In this document: positions 1 to 13,600 of the stretch, one piece after another
Numbering within the stretch: the stretch's first letter is position 1
Layout: each line of letters starts with the position of its first letter
NCBI GenBank assembly: GCA_964106915.2
Contig: OZ066914.1
From: Podarcis gaigeae
Lineage: Eukaryota
DNA length: 64,000 nt
Direction: 5' to 3' (one strand)
Program-made: the position numbers and the translations under genes
The notes under the pieces: model-generated
Told to the model about the DNA's origin: nothing
Database searches by the model: none
Seen by the model: the letters and a program-made list of their open reading frames with translations, nothing else

Positions 1-30
1 AAACTTATTATCATACGTATATTCTGACCA

Positions 31-408
31 GGGAACGTGGGTGGTGCTGTGGTCTGAACCACTGAGCCTCTTGGGCTTGCCAATCGGAAGGTTAGCGGTT
101 CGAATCCTTGCAACGGGGTGAGCTACCGTTGCTCTGTCCCAGCTTCTAACCTAGCAGTTCGAAAGCACACTAGTGCGAGTAGATAAATAGATACCGCTGC
201 AGCAGAAAGGTAAGCGGTGTTTCCATGTGCTCTGGCACTCATTGCAGTGTCCCAATGCACTAGTAACGGTTTAGTCATGCTGGCCACGTGACCCGGAAAG
301 CTGTCTGTGGGCAAACGCCAACTCCCTCAGCCTGAAAGCGAGATGAGCGCCACAACCCCATAGTTGCCTTTGACTGGACTTAACCATCCAGGGGTCCTTT
401 ACCTTTTT
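31..408 (+). mobile_element. Sauria SINE (tRNA-derived)
   Basis: GGGA.GTGGGTGG head with B-box GGTTCGAATCC and 3' CCTTTACCTT tail; similar to copies at 3170, 31344 and 42534. Confidence 0.88.
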
Positions 409-657
409 TCCTTATTGTGAGCTTACCAGCATCATCAATTTATGACTGTGACTACATTCATTATCAACCTTCATAGAAGATTTTCTTCCTTACTACAGTA
501 GAGCAGATGTTTTCTGAACATTAATAGCTTAAGATTATCAAAATTCTCTTGTCTCTTCAAGACTCGTGTGAATATTATATGCTGTACTAATGTTACACAA
601 ATGTATCTTGAAATTTTAAAGTCACTGAAGAATCCTTTTTCATTATCCTAATTTTAG

Positions 658-737
658 GAAACCCTAGAGCAAACACCAGTAGATTTCCTTACCTCATTTG
701 AAATGTTCAACAGCACTTACAAGCTCTACACACACAG
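658..737 (+). CDS. ENTPD5: ENTPD5 coding exon ([27 protein letters not shown])
   Basis: ttttag|GAA ... CAG|gtgagg, 80 nt. Confidence 0.93.
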
Positions 738-3700
738 GTGAGGCAGTTCTATGCAAATGACTATTTTTAAGGACACTGTTAGGTATTTGCCAGATGTAAT
801 AATGCCTTAATAATTTGTATTGCTTATTCTGAAGTCAGCATCGCATCTTTTGCTAGTTATCACAACCCCACATGTGTCTTTATTCTCATTATAATAAACA
901 GGTAGTCTGTGGATTACTGTAAAGAACCACATGCTAACTTTTCATACATGGGCTTAGCAAGGAGGAGGCTGTTTTAGCAGAGTATTGATCTTATATCCTT
1001 GTTCATAAAATTGCCTAGTCTTGTAAGTGGGATAGAATGAACTCCGACTTTAACCAAGTGCTGTTTGGCCTTCTTCATTTTACAGCTATTTGGGGTTTGG
1101 TCTGAAGGCTGCACGGCTTGCTACATTGGGAGCCCTGGAAATGGAAGGTACAGTCAGACAGAATAGCTTTGTGTTTGTTTGTGTGTGTGGATGGACTCGG
1201 AGGGGGGGGTGGTCATCCAGCTAAGTGGATTCATCCAGTCCCTAGAATTTGTCCTGTTCAGAATTCTAATGGGAAATGGTCCTAGACCAGCTTCTGACAG
1301 GCTGACAGTCTCTTTATCCCCTTCCTGGTGTGCATTTTCCTTTAATGAGATTCTGTTGTCACTGAGACAGGTAACATGGCACTCTGCAGGCTTATACAAG
1401 CCAGCTGAAAGATAAACTCAAAGAGGAGCCAAATTGTGGAAAGCAATTGTAGCTGCCCTTTGTGGTAGGTAACTGCTTATTAAAACCAAGCCTTTGGGTG
1501 GAGGTGAGTTTGGGTTGTGATTACAAACAAACAAACAAACAAACAAACAAGCACCATGATTACGATCTACATTCTAAACAGTAGATATACTACTTCAGCT
1601 CTTTTAAACGGTTCAGCAACTCAGCTTCCTGTTTTGCACAAATGTGAAAAAAATTGGGTTCAGGGGATGCTCTTCCTACTTGAGAACCTTCTAAGTATCG
1701 TCTCCTCCTTTTGATTAGCCTTCCTCAAACTCGGACCTCCAGATGTTTTGAGACTACAGTTCCCATCATCTCTGACCACTGGTCCTGCTACCTAAAGATC
1801 ATGGGAGTTGTAGGCCATAAACATCTGGAGGGCCAAGTTTGAGGAAACCTGGCCTAGGAGTCCACTAACATATTAATATCAAGACCCTTTGAGTAGCACA
1901 TACAGCTGTTATCATTTTCACATCCCATTATCATGCCAACTCACCCAGAATACACTTAGGTTTCATGGCCTCCATCCCGGTGTTGTACATTGCTGCCCCA
2001 TCTATACGTTTTTAGTCCAGTTTGGCTGGGAGCAGAAGCATTCCTCAACCTGTATCTGTCTCTTCCATTTTTCACCTACCTGTCTATACAGGACCCACCT
2101 GCCTACATAGAGTTTAGTGCAGGGGTGGGAAATGTGTGGCTCTCCAGCTGTTGTTGAATTCCAACACCCATCTGCTCCAACAACCCAGCATGACCAGTGG
2201 TCAGGATTGATGGGAACTATAGTACACCAACATCTGGAAGACCAAATATTAGCTACTCCTGGTCTAGTGGACTGAGCTTCCTATTTGGGGAAACAAGAAA
2301 AAACTTGATTTTCTTCCATTAATGGACTTTGGCGTTTAAACTTTTCCCACTTCCTTTTCCTGCAAGTACCAAGGGTACTGAAAAACATAAGCATTATTGA
2401 TTTCACCCAATCTATATTCTCTTTAGCATCAGATGGACGGACGTTCCGAAGTTCATGTTTGCCAAAACAGCTGGAGGCAGAATGGCACTTTGGGGGAGTG
2501 AAATACCAGTATGGTGGCAACAAAGAAGGTAAGTTGGAGAGATAAAGTTTCCCAAGACTGCTGCTGCATTGGGGTAATGGCTTGAAATGATTTAGACCCA
2601 GCCAGAAATAATAATGATCAGGAAACAGATCTTCAGCTGAAAAGCCATTGATTGTGCTCGTTGGAGTATATTGTCCCACTGAAGTAACATGGCCGGTCTC
2701 TTGTATCCTTATTTCATCTGGGAATCCTTGATCTGAATCTCAGTGAAGCTGTCCATTGCCATAATTTATTTGCTTAATGTGAATTTTATGTTGTATGCTC
2801 CCCACTTCTAAACGTTTTGCTACTTACACTTGGAGGGTTTTCTTTTTTAAGTAACTATTTTAAATATAATTCATAGGGCACAGGTGGGGAACCTATAGCC
2901 TGGAGGCCAGCGGTCCCAATTTAAGCTATGAGGCATTTTACCCCAGGCCATATTCACTTACCCCACATGTGACTTCCTAGGACATCAGGTGTAGTACAGC
3001 TGTAGCTGCAAAGGAACAACGAGGAGTGTTAAAGTGTACTAATTTGCCTGCAAGTGGGGCTTGCGTTCAATATCTTTAAACTTGGTGCTGAATACCAGAT
3101 CTTCTGGGATTGGCTCCACTCAAGAGACTCCGGAACAGAAGTTTTGAATGAAGCCATCCCTGCCACAAAGGGACGCAGGTGGCGCTGTGGGTTAAACCAC
3201 AGAGCCTAGGGCTTTCCAATCAGAAGGTCGACGGCTCAAATCCCCGCGACGGGGTGAGCTCCCGTTGCTCAGTCCCTGCTCCTGCCAACCTAGCAGTTCA
3301 AAAGCACTTCAAAGTGCAAGTAAATAAATAGGCATCGCTCCGGCAGGAAGGTAAACGGCGTTTCCATGTGCTGCTCTGGCTCGCCAGAAGCGGCTTAGTC
3401 ATGCTGGCCACATGACCCGGAAGCTATACGTCGGCTCCCTCGGCCAGTAAAGCGAGATGAGCGCTGCAACCCCAGAGTTGGCCACGACTGGACCTAATGG
3501 TCAGGGGTCCCTTTACCTTTACCTATCCCTGCCACAAGCAGGGCTTGCTTGTGGCAAAGAAAGCACTGCATAATACTTCTTTGAAGGCGCAGCTTGCAAC
3601 CGCATGGAAATATTTTCCCTTTTTGCTCGCTTGGAGTGTGATAATCTTTCAAAACTGACCTGTAGAAGATAGGCCAGTTCTGGATTTGATTTATTGAAAA

Positions 3701-6700
3701 CAGGAATTTCTTAAATCGTGGATTAAAGGAATACCTATTTTTATTAAAACCTAGTATTTAAGGACAGAGAAGAGAGAAAGCTGGGAGATGAGTCAGAGAT
3801 TTGTGAAGACACAGTGGCTTTAGTCAGGAAGAGGTGTCAAGATAAGACCTCAGCTATTTTGCACAGGCAATAGCAACGGACATTCTTTTTTTCTAATATT
3901 TATTGAGTTTCCATTTCAGATTGCAGCAGGCACAGAACATAAATTTTAGGTCCAGGAAGACAGCATTTCCTTTCTCCTCTGGCTACTGTGGCCCTGTTTG
4001 CATATCATGCTAAGCCAAATGGAAGCTTAGCACAAAGACCTGAGTGCGTGGGCTCCCAGAGATCACAGCCAGTCATTTTGCTTCCATGCTCTGCTTGAGT
4101 TAAACCGGTTTGGCTTAGGGTGTCGTCTCAAACCAAGCCTTGTGGTTTAGTGTTGTCCAGACTAAGCACAAATTCTAACCAAGTTTTGTCCAGGAGAGCT
4201 GAATCACAACCCCAGTTTTGGTAAGCCATGGGTTAGCTTAGCGTGGAACAGACGCAAAACAATCAGGGAACGAGCAAAGCAGCCACCATCTCTTCTCCAA
4301 ACCAACACGTTTGTGCTAAGCCATGGTTTGTCTCGGTGTGGTGTGCAAACCAGGCAAATGAGTCACTTCTGCTCCATTAAAATCTCCATTACTGTATTTG
4401 GATCACAAGGCTCACAATAAGGTTACCTTGCATAATTCCCTGATATCTACGGCATTTAATATTGGGTGTATGTTCACAGTTGTAAGAGAGTCCTTTTCGG
4501 GTAGAGGACCCCTTTCCCCATCACCTAGGGCTTGCTTGTTTGTTTTTAAAAAACAATGTATAATCATAAAGCGTAAGGATAGAGATGGGAATGTGCCCAG
4601 GCTGTGCCAATATTGCAAAGCTGTCAAGAAAGACCATTTACAACTGTTGCACTTTCCTTAATTTCATTGTTAGCAATTCTGCACTTATCTGCAATGGGAT
4701 TCATGACATGTTGAACTTACCTTTGTGTGTTTACCCTGCCAGGAGAAACGGGATTTGAACCTTGCTATTCTGAAGTGTTGAAGGTGGTAAAGGGAAAACT
4801 GCATCAACCAGATGAGATTCGGCACAGCTCCTTCTATGCCTTTTCCTATTATTACGATCGGGCTGTGGACACTGCCCTGATAGGTGAATAGCAAACATTT
4901 GAAATCTTGCTTGAGCTCTATGACCCTTGGGGAATGAATGCCCCTCTTTCAGTCAGTCACCTACACGATGGGACTCGATGAGCCGTTCAGATGCTCCTCT
5001 ATTCATGCAATGAATGCACACGGGTCGTTCATTTGTTGCAGGAATATCTTATTATCCCAGCATGGTAAGCACTGGAAGTATATATTGTGTCTGGAGAAAT
5101 ATGATTCCCCCAGCCCAGATAGTGTATCCATTGTGAATGCTGGGTAGAATGTGGTTGCACCAGATGTCACTGGCACCTATTGAATATCACGAGCATGAGC
5201 GACGCAGCCAGCACCACTTTATGAACCTTTTAAAACGTGCCTTCCCCTTTTCAGTTGTATGAGGGTGGATTAAAGTGTGGCTGCAGGTGGTTGAGCATAG
5301 TGCAAATGTAGTGCTTAGAACAGAATTCCTTTAACCTCTGAAATAGCCTTAACAATAAAGGAGTGTTTTTGCATGCTTCCTTCTGTATAAATGATTGGTG
5401 TTATTTCATTCATTCCTATGGAGAATGAATGCAGCAGCACAGTTGGTTGGGCAGGTGCCACTTAGGCTTCAGTTCTGCCAGGCTATCATGGCTCAAGGGG
5501 TCACCAGCCTTTTTGGGTTGATGGGCACATTTTGAGCTCTGTGTGTGTGTGTGTGTGTGTGTGTGTAGCTATCACCCCCTCTAGTTGCATCTCTCCCAAC
5601 AAAATGTGTGTTTGTACAAGCTTGTTGTTTTTCAGGCCTTGGTAGGGGTGAAGGAGGAACTACGCCTCCTCGCTTGATGACAAAGGGGGCAGTAAGCAGG
5701 GGGGCAGTCTTTGTGGGCACCAGAAATCCATAAGTTTGCTGCCTTGCCTATAACTGCTATACTGGTGCCCATGATCTGAGTTGAAGCTAGTGCTTAAATG
5801 TTTAACTTCTTTAAATTAAATAAACATTAAATGTTTAAATGACAACTTAAACGTTTGTCATTAATGTTTGCTGTATCTTGCTTTCCTAGTCAGTCCACCT
5901 GCCAAGGGTGTGTTCCATAGGCCAGTGACAGGACTCTGGGTCAACAGACTATTTGCATTAACTGCTTTACACACGGCTTCCTTCATAGACCAATTGACAT
6001 GGAAAGGAAATGTGAAAACCATTGCTTTAAAGACCATATCTGAATCTGCCAAACACTGCATTGTAACTCATTAAATTGTTTTTTTTTTTATCAGCATCCC
6101 ATGCCATCCTAAATTGATCAGGAAATCTGGCTATAACTTGTGTTGGGTAGACTACTACACTTGCCGCAGAGATAAGTGCTTTATCAGTTTTTCACAGTAT
6201 CTCATAGCCAGAGAATGACCCTTATCTTTTGACATTTCAGATTATGAGAAAGGCGGTGTTCTCAAAGTGGAAGACTTTAGAAGAAAAGCCAAAGAAGGTA
6301 AAATGTACTCTGAGAGTTGAATTAGGGTACTTCCAGTTAATGGAGCAGTAGTCATGTCACTTTGAAATAGTGCCATGTGAGGGTGTATTTTAGTCACTCA
6401 CTGACATTTGAAATATCAGACCATTGTTGTTTAGGGACAAGGTAAGGCTAATGGTTTGATCAGAATAAAGCAGGTTTTCGAGTAACTGCTTAGAAAATTA
6501 GGAATTCACTCTGCACTTTTGAATTCAGAGAACAACTATGGAATAGCCATGAAACAACCATGGCTATTAACCAGAAGGTTGGTAGTTTGAGCCCACCAAA
6601 GGATGGCTGTGGGCAGGATTCCTGCATTGCATGACCCTCGGGATCCCTTCTCGCTCTATAATTCTATGAGTCTATGATTTTATAAAGGCAAGTTAGCCAG

Positions 6701-7820
6701 TCTACAAGTATTTCAACTACTTGCATAGATTATGTATTCACATGTATATATACCGGTATTTAGGAACCATTTGAAGTGCACAGTCTTAATATGGCCAGCA
6801 AGTTCCTCTCTCTTCCAGGTAGAAAATAGTCTACTTTGGAGTAGCTAAAAACATATACTAAACAATTAAGGGACTGGGAACAAGTAGAAGAGTGATGGCT
6901 CCCAACTCGGTTTATTATTGCACTTGCACCATTTGCCATGGTTCTTGTTCTCGAATGCTGCTAAAGCAGCATTTGAAACTAATTCATGCACAAGGTGGGA
7001 ATGAACAAATGTGGAATGACCTATGGGATCATACATCTCCGAGTTGTGGTTTGCATTCAGCTAGAATTACATTTAATAGTTTTTGAGATAATATTGTTTA
7101 TTTTGGAGTCACTTGCTCCAATACTGGTGAATATTCTTCTCAATTTTTTCTTTAAAGTGTGTGACAATCTGGACCGCTACAGCTCTGCCAGTCCTTTCCT
7201 TTGTATGGATCTCAGTTACATTACAGCTTTATTAAAAGAAGGATTTGGATTTGGAGACAGTACAGTTTTACAGGCAAGTAAAAATGGTTGAAAGAAGCCT
7301 TGGTTGAAGATTTTATTCCATTGACTAGTTGTTGGTACTGGTACTTTGTTCCATATGCTTTGATGAAATGGGGTGGGTGAATCTATATTTTACTTATTTT
7401 AGCATGGTACAGAATACTGTACTGCTAAAAGTCCTTGCAGCTCCAGGATATCAAATCCAAACTCTTCTATTTAAACTCATAACAGTAGGAAGTCACTGTT
7501 CATTAATAAGTAGTTGCATTAGTTAACTCCCAGTTTAAATTGACTTGAATGCTGCTTAGTGTCCAGTAGTCAGATATCCTTGTTTGAGATCTGACTTGCA
7601 ACTGTACTTTCTATCATATCCATCTGGAGTTATACTGGAAAATATTCTCAGCCTATACACTAAAAATGTACTCTGCCTAAAATGTCCTTATTGCAACAAG
7701 GGTAATTGATCTCTTACTTTTCTTCTTTTACAGCTGGCAAAGAAAGTGAACAACATAGAGACAAGCTGGGCTCTAGGTGCTACCTTTCACCTCCTGCAAT
7801 CTCTTGGACTCTCGCATTGA
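658..7820 (+). CDS. ENTPD5: ENTPD5 ectonucleoside triphosphate diphosphohydrolase 5, 3' part (last 7 coding exons; 5' exons lie upstream of the window)
   Basis: join(658..737,1086..1147,2427..2528,4743..4883,6241..6297,7158..7273,7734..7820). Phases are consistent and the translation contains [37 protein letters not shown] and IETSWALGA...LGLSH*, typical of the GDA1/CD39 family member ENTPD5. Confidence 0.96.
1086..1147 (+). CDS. ENTPD5: ENTPD5 coding exon ([20 protein letters not shown])
   Basis: tacag|CTA ... AAG|gtacag, 62 nt. Confidence 0.93.
1716..1851. mobile_element. Short hAT-like MITE (related copies near 2120-2263, 37022-37165, 47700-47800, 59595-59670)
   Basis: Fold-back structure CTCCAGATGTT..ACTACA.TTCCCAT / ATGGGAGTTGTAG..AACATCTGGAG. 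Confidence 0.72.
2427..2528 (+). CDS. ENTPD5: ENTPD5 coding exon ([33 protein letters not shown])
   Basis: ctttag|CAT ... AAG|gtaagt, 102 nt. Confidence 0.93.
3169..3524 (+). mobile_element. Sauria SINE, full length, 13-bp TSD
   Basis: (ACCTTT)n tail; TSD ATCCCTGCCACAA at 3156-3168 and 3525-3537. Confidence 0.92.
4743..4883 (+). CDS. ENTPD5: ENTPD5 coding exon ([46 protein letters not shown])
   Basis: gccag|GAG ... TAG|gtgaat, 141 nt. Confidence 0.94.
5539..5566. repeat. (TG)n microsatellite
   Basis: Seen directly in the sequence. Confidence 0.92.
6241..6297 (+). CDS. ENTPD5: ENTPD5 coding exon ([18 protein letters not shown])
   Basis: tttcag|ATT ... AAG|gtaaaa, 57 nt. Confidence 0.93.
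7158..7273 (+). CDS. ENTPD5: ENTPD5 coding exon ([38 protein letters not shown]), GC donor
   Basis: tttaaag|TGT ... CAG|gcaagt, 116 nt. Confidence 0.92.
7734..7820 (+). CDS. ENTPD5: ENTPD5 last coding exon ([28 protein letters not shown])
   Basis: ttttacag|CTG ... TGA; contains apyrase conserved region 5 (SWALG). Confidence 0.94.
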   Translation: MAKKVNNIETSWALGATFHLLQSLGLSH

Positions 7821-10610
7821 GAAAACATCATCTATAGAATATTATATTTTCTTGAAACAAGAAAAGGCAATTCTGATGAGCATACAGCCAAACACAGACC
7901 AAAGTAGAACTGGTTAGCTTTATGACTGAGTGGTTCCAAGCTGTAATAAGATGGGTCCTTCTAGGGTAGTAAGATATGCTTCGTTGTACAATTGCTTAAC
8001 TGATGCCAAAGGGCCTGAATTCTGGGTTTATAGCTTTGGAGCTAATCTTGTGCAGAGGTGAAGCACATCTTTAGCCAAGGCATTTGTACACATTTGGTAC
8101 CAATGCATCCCAATATTGATCTTCCTCCATAATAATATTTTGCAGGCCTTCTTGCGCATGAAACTTAAGATACAAATCTCAAATAGGTGCTTACGTAATG
8201 AGTTGTTTTTAAACAAAGCTGGTGTGTGCCATTTACCAACCCTTTGACATTTAACAAGTTAAGATTTTTAAGATTAGTCGACTCCTGAAGAGGGCTGCTG
8301 AAACTGGTGGAGCTTTAGTTGTGACAGTCAGTGAAAAAACTTGTTTGTCAACCCTCACATATAAGTAGCTGGCTAAACATAGCAGTAAAGACTTGAGGAA
8401 CATCCCAAAAGCTTCTCTTCTTTTTACATCTCTAAAGCTTAGAGCAAGCAAAGGCTTGTATATAAGCATTTTCTGGCTACTTTAGAGGACCACGAGGAGT
8501 GCTGGGGATGAACTGACATAAATAATTTGCTTCTCAGTCTAGCCTTAAAGAATCTTTTAATGCAAGGCATTCTGGTGCCTCCTTTCAGTTGCAAATGAAG
8601 GCCTCCCAAATAAACTTCCTTGGAAAATAGTATGGTTAACTGGACCCCAGAATGGGACTACCACTGAAGCTGATGCACTACATGGTGTCACGCCTTAAAC
8701 ATTGTGTTTGAGCAGGACATTTCAGACTGCATAAATACGAGACTTAACATGGTAGCCACTGCACAAAGTGTTTCATCTCTGTGTTGTCTAGATATACCAG
8801 TACAGTGTAAACGCTTGCTAAAGAAACCTTGACCAAATTAGGTTAAGACATGCCAACCCAATATCTCATTTGACAACACTTTTGGCCCACTGTCCTCTTA
8901 CTGGAGGTGAAAAGGTATTCTGGCATTATCTGCAGAATACAAAGTTGGGACACTTACAGTGCATCTTAGGCATGTTTGCTCTGAAGTAATTCCTATTAGC
9001 TCATTGGGACTTACTCACAAATAAGTGCATAGGATTAGACTTTTGACTGTGTATCCTATTGCCCTGCATAAGCCTTTATTTCTACCTATTTCAGTATACA
9101 TTAGAAAATTATGATGGAAGCCTTCGTTTGGCAGGAACTATTCAGTATCCTCTCTTTAAGTGTCTGAACTCATTAATTCTTCTCAACTTATCTCTATAAC
9201 CCTAAATCAAAGCCCAGCTTCTCTGCACCTTGCTTTCTTGTCCCATGAGGCAAGTAGTAAAGAAGATGGCAAACTGGAAGCAAAATGTTTGGTACTGGAC
9301 CAGAGCAACATAGTTTGTTAAAACTCATTATAAACTTTTCCTCTGAAACCTCATTTGTAAACTTAGGCACAAGATTCTTTTTTCTTTGCATTGCTCTTCC
9401 TCTACCAAAGTTAACCTATGTTTGAAAAATTCAGGGTCTTTATTTCTTCAGGTACTATGTGTTTTGATTGATGAGTAACTTCTGCTGCTAATTGAGAGAC
9501 CATTTTTATAGTCAACCAAAACTGGGCACCAGTTGAGTTTGTCAGGTAGGGCGCAAGACAGACAAGTAGTTTCTTCCTCTTATGATCCCAGTGGTGGTGG
9601 TACAGAATTCTATCTTGCTTCCACAAATGCCCATACCTTTCCTAATGCAATGAGATTATTCACGATTATAGATGAAAAGCACCTATGTAATTGACGGAGG
9701 AGGAAAGAAGCACATATTTAACAGTGTACTAAATTAAGAGTTTTTAAGAAGTCAGAAGTGAAAGCAGATTAAGTTTTACATAATCTTGTAGGTTGAAAGG
9801 ACACTTATTTTGGTTTAGCTTAAACCTATTTTAAAAAGTTAAGCTAAACTGTTAAGCAGACTGAGCCCCTCTTAAATAAATTTCCACAGATGTAGCATTG
9901 CAAGTACAGGTTGAGTGCTGATAAGCCTTAGAATATCTTTTCAGACAAGTTCTGAAAGTAGTTAATTGTCAGACGATAGCGTAAATATCCTTGCTTATTA
10001 GTTGTGTTCACATTACTTGGTGCTGTAATGCCATTAAACTGATAATGTCTGGCCTGGTTGTTTGGCACATGACTATGACAGGGCTGTTTGAATGTCTATT
10101 TTAGTAATTAAACAATATTTTTAACATAATGTTCTCAGACTCCATTCTGTAACTTGAGTCTCAATCTTGCAATCCTTGGAGGTAGAAGAGAATAATTGCA
10201 GTCTTGAAGAGGGAGCAACATTCTGCTCCTCTATTTCGCAGCCACCAAGGCTGAAAGAGATGCTGACTAAGTTTGCAGCTCAGAATCTTTTGTCCGAAGC
10301 AGTAAAAAAAAATCCTGCATATGATCTTCAAACTGAATACAAGTAAATCCATTCCAACAATACTGTTTTCAAGGCCCATATTTAGAGCTCCAGTTCCAGT
10401 ACTCTGTCAGATTAGAGACAGACCTCGACATTCTAGAAGAAAACAATCTGCTGGTTCTCTTGGAGGAAAGAAGAACTCCAGCCACAATCGGCAAACATAA
10501 GGCAATACTGTGCTCCCCGTTTTGTTTTAATACCATTTCAAACACAGTCTTTGTAATTGGTGAGTATACAGCAACCACGCAGGAACTATCATCCTAGAGT
10601 CACAAGGATG

Positions 10611-10640
10611 TCACTTGCTAGCAAAAGCCATGATCTGCTC
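10611..10640 (-). CDS. COQ6: COQ6 exon 12 coding part (EQIMAFASK*)
   Basis: tctttag|GAG ... TGA. Confidence 0.93.
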   Translation of the reverse strand, partial: EQIMAFASK

Positions 10641-13600
10641 CTAAAGAAAGAAGAAAGAACGTTATTTCTATTTCTGATGGAGCTCTATTACCCATTGCTG
10701 CTGGACAGGGCACAGAGGGGATCTAAAGCAAGATACTCTACTAAGATATAAGACAGCTCTACTCCAATGTCATGCACAAGCTAGCTTTTGTTTGCTTTCC
10801 ACCTCTTAAGTACATAATAAACTAACAGTGCAATCCTATAAATAACTACTCAGCTCTGCAGATACCTTCCCAGCTGAAAATGAGAGGCTACACCAGAAGC
10901 CTTTAGGGTAAGCTCTCATAAGCACCAAATGGCAACGCTTCTTACTTAACCAGTTGACACCTCCCTTCAGGATATGAAAGACTGCCATAGATGCTGTATT
11001 GTGGGTCTGTGTGGATAGTGTCAGCTTGTGGCGTTTTTGTTGCTCCAGACATGCTAGTACTGTTTAGCAAGCACACTTAATGGGGGAACTAGCATGGTTG
11101 GACCAAAGACAGCAATTATGATACCTTTTCTAAGCTGTCCTAGTAGGAAATAAGATGATCCCATTTCCTGCATTTGCGTGTTACCTTACCACCTGGCATA
11201 GGAAAGAATAAATTGGGCCAAACCTAATTACCGAAGTGCAAACTACAGGCTATTGGTTTGGTTTTAATTCAAATATCACTGTACCGTAAATGTTTCCCAT
11301 AGGTCCGTGCCATTTTGGACACATCCCATTGCACTTGGCAATTACAGCGTGTTCATACATTCGTCTCTACAAATACCTGGTGGGGCTCAAGGTGAGAGCT
11401 GGGGAATTGGATAGTTCCTATAAAGAAGGAACCATTCCTCCCTCTTGAACCATAAGAAGAGCAAATTGTTTAATTCCAGAAATTCACCTGAATTGGTACC
11501 CACCTTGGGTCTACCAAATGGAGAAAGGCAAGATATAAATAATAATCAAATATTTAGGCTCTAGATTTAGTGCCCTAGTCTAAATGCTGGTGACTACGCA
11601 ACCTTGCCATAGGAAGGAGACACATACTTAGGGAAGCTACACCCTAGTTGCAACACTCTTATTTGGGATTAAGCAAATTTCTTAATTTAATAAGCAACTT
11701 TAAAAAAAAACTTACTTTAATTGGAGGAACAGCATTAGTTGCTTGCAATCCCCATGTCCTTAGCAGTACAAAAGGAGCTATATTTGTAGAGTACAGCCTC
11801 TTTAATAAGTCTGTTGTAGCCAAGAGAGATAGGTTGTGCTTTTGCCGCTCTCTTTCATACTGTAGTAGATGCTTTAAAGAGCCTAGAACAGAAAGATTAT
11901 TCCAGAGTAAATTAACTGGTGATTCAGCTGCACCACAGGCACCTATGAGCTAGATTCCATCTACAAAGTTATTCAATCAGAGCTGACTCATAGTATGTTA
12001 AGAAGTTCATCCTGGGCAAGGATTTTTTTTGTCATATTGTGTCACATGTTGAATGGGCAGCAGCACAACAGTGGTACTATTGCATCCCAGATGGTGAATT
12101 ATGTTGCCTCTATAGTCAGGCATTCTGGAATTCCATGTAAATCACAGCAGGAAAACAGTAATATATTCATGACCCAAATAATACATAAGAGCGTGTTAAC
12201 ACCCTGGATTTCTACTAGCACATCTTGAATTAGCATTTTCTAAAACAACTTTTTGTAAATGAGAATAGGTAGCATGTTGCAGCTTTGTCCTTTCCTTATT
12301 AACTCCAATCTGGTGGCATCAGTTTCTTATTTTCAGAGAAATGCTTCTCCTAGTCTATAGGAGAACAAAATGTGGGGCACAAAATGTTCCTGCCACAAAT
12401 ACCCCAAAATGGGTAGTGTCATTCCTAAAGCTAGTAGCCAGAACTTTAAACACATCGTACATCAAGAAGTTGAATGGCAGAGACCCTAGAAGTGACATTT
12501 CGTATTACAGGTAACTCGCAACTTAGGCACATTTAACCTGTGTGCCTTCAGCTTTACCTGCATGGCAAAAAAATTAAAAGGGGGAGCGGGCATCCGGGAA
12601 AATAAACTTTGGCAATCCCACCCACCACTGCACCCAGTGTGTTTTGACTATCCCTGGAAAGTAACCCCCGCTTAAGCTGAAAGTCGCCTGTGCTATCAAT
12701 TCCTTCACAGTTTGAGATTCTTACCCAGGTCCTTCCCATTAAATGCTGCAGCGCTGAGAAGTTGCCTCAAGCAGGCTATGTCACCAAAGCCCATATTTAC
12801 ACCCTGACCTGCAAGAGGATGTACTCTGTGAGCTGCATCCCTAAAAGGAAAGGATAATGTCAGCTTATGCCAGTTACAAAGTCTGGTACTCCACAAGAAC
12901 CCTGCCAATTAGTATTGCCTGAGTTTCACTATATGGGACTCAAAAGCTCTTTTTTGTCCCTCACTAGAACCTTAAATGAACACCCCACTTGATACCTGCT
13001 GACTTCTCCCACAATTTGTATTCATCCCTGTTAACATTCTAGTGTCTAGGGACATGGGTTAAACTAGCTAGACTTGTGTTTTCTCCAGACACAATCCACC
13101 AATCCCTCCAAAATTAATGTTATACCCTCAAGATTCTCAACCTCTGGCACTAAAAACAGCATACTCCCATCAGTTAAGAATTCCTCTTCCCAGACCAAAT
13201 CTACCCTTATCACAGCATGAAAGTTCCTCAATGTGCAATTACCCAATAAGGGCCACACGGTGTTGGACATATTCTGTTGCATGCCCCAGTCCAAGAGGGA
13301 ACACAGCTCGGCTCTTTGGATCCACTTTTGCAACGCTTGGGGGCAGCTGACGGGCTGCAGTCCCCGATGGCATCAAGAGAGAGACAGCAGATCGGAACAT
13401 GGATCCAGCAGTATCAATGAAGTCAGAGTGATTTGCGTTGCTCCACTGAATAACAATAGATTTATTTATACAACACCCTAATATTACCAATAGATTACAA
13501 GAGTATGAGAGTCAGAACTGAAACTCTAATAAGTTTTAAGAAATCCTTATCTTAGAATAAAACAGTTTCTCTCCTAATCATCTGCCCACAAAATATCTTG

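Noticed and set aside
123-314. ORFs inside Sauria SINEs (also 31380..31574 and 42526..42834)
   Set aside because: They share [13 protein letters not shown] or RTARL-type text because they translate the same non-coding repeat.
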